A stretch of DNA of 64,000 nt, from assembly GCA_036172245.1 (NCBI GenBank), contig JAYWIR010000020.1, forward strand, positions 2,480,001-2,544,000, written 5' to 3'. The position numbers and the translations under genes are program-made. The notes beneath the pieces are model-generated. The model ran no database searches and was not told the origin of the DNA. It was given only the letters and a program-made list of their open reading frames with translations. Positions 62,961 to 64,000 of this stretch are shown piece by piece. Source of the stretch: Raillietiella orientalis (taxonomy: Eukaryota). Each line of letters opens with the position of its first letter. Position 1 is the stretch's first letter.

Positions 62961-64000
62961 TTTCTGGAATTGAGAAAACTCGCATGAGATGGAAGTAGGC
63001 AGCAACTCAGTATCCATCTTTTTTTCTTCACTTTTTAACCTTTTTTTTTCCTCTTCATCCTCCCTTTCATGATCTTGGACTTACTTTTTCTTAACAAACA
63101 GAACACTTTTCTCTTTTCATATTATTATTTTTTATTTAAAAAAAAAAAAAAGAATGTCGGAGATCCGAGTGCAAAACACCACCATGTGCACCAGCAGCAC
63201 GTACCACTTTAACAGCAGCAGTGAATGAACACGAAATGTTTTGTCTTGCGGGACGCGCAGTGTCAGCATTCAAAATCAGTTTCCCTCTGGTTTCACTTGG
63301 CTCGGACCGAAAACTGTGATTGCAAAGTACTATAACTATGTAATGTAATGTATAAAAATCTCGTTCTTCGTACGGCAGATTTTCATGCATCCACATGATA
63401 CGTCCGCATCGATGTCTGATCATTTGCATAAAGCTGAAGAACAAACACTCCAAGTAAAATCATCATCATGCCTCCGTAACCGTTACTCGAGATGCGAACT
63501 TAATGACACGAGTTCGCCAAGCGATTATTGGATGCTGGATCTGTCTGATGGCTTTGGGTTCCGTCCATGCAGAGACTTTTGTGTGTGTGTGAAGTTCTCA
63601 ATGGGAGAAATCACAATAAACCCTTAGCTTTGATAACCTTCGTTAATGCGCAACATCTCATTTCCCAAATCTTCTTAAGGTCACAAAGGTTGCCATCTTA
63701 CTGAGAGAAAAGAAAATGTTTTCCCGAAGCAAAACCTCTCTGATACAACGCAGTTGCATTCACAAGATGCGGTCGTCAGTAAAAGAGAAATCATGATGTG
63801 GTTTGACGGATTCATTTTTAGAAAATTGTATTCTCAGTCTGCATTAATAAAAGAGCAGGGCGTTCGTTTATCTGATGAAGATGAGCCACTTTCATTGGAA
63901 AGTTTGATTAAACTTAATTAGCTCCACAACTTTTTAACAAAATGGCGCGCTCAGAACATATCTCCTTGTATCTATGATCGATGCAAAAAAATTACAATTG

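Noticed and set aside
1..64000. CRISPR arrays, tRNA/rRNA genes or prokaryotic operons
   Set aside because: No regularly spaced repeats or recognisable RNA genes were seen; low coding density, intron-like tracts and animal pseudogenes indicate eukaryotic DNA.

Overview
This is eukaryotic (animal, probably arthropod) genomic DNA with no intact gene; the longest ORF in the track is 217 aa. It reads as a mosaic of decayed sequences, many apparently RNA-derived, in four classes. (1) At least nine 0.3-1.3 kb segments whose single strand folds back as an imperfect, mostly unbranched rod. Several share a degenerate, unrecognised basic ORF and a conserved structured non-coding module. They are candidate endogenised viroid-like (deltavirus-/obelisk-like) circular RNAs and are the main novel signal. 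(2) Many frameshifted fragments with RNA-virus RdRp motifs (non-retroviral EVEs), apparently from several lineages, including a GC-rich family with a conserved U-rich/structured 3' end. (3) Decayed LRR and LRR-GPCR (LGR/RXFP/GRL101-like) gene pieces, plus an intronless PFTAIRE-kinase (CDK14/Eip63E-like) pseudogene. (4) Two recent large inverted duplications (828 and 389 bp arms), both covering rod-like sequence, and a near-identical 0.63 kb direct duplication. All protein calls come from motif recognition by eye across frameshifts, and all helices were found by hand. No search or folding program was run, and most boundaries are approximate.
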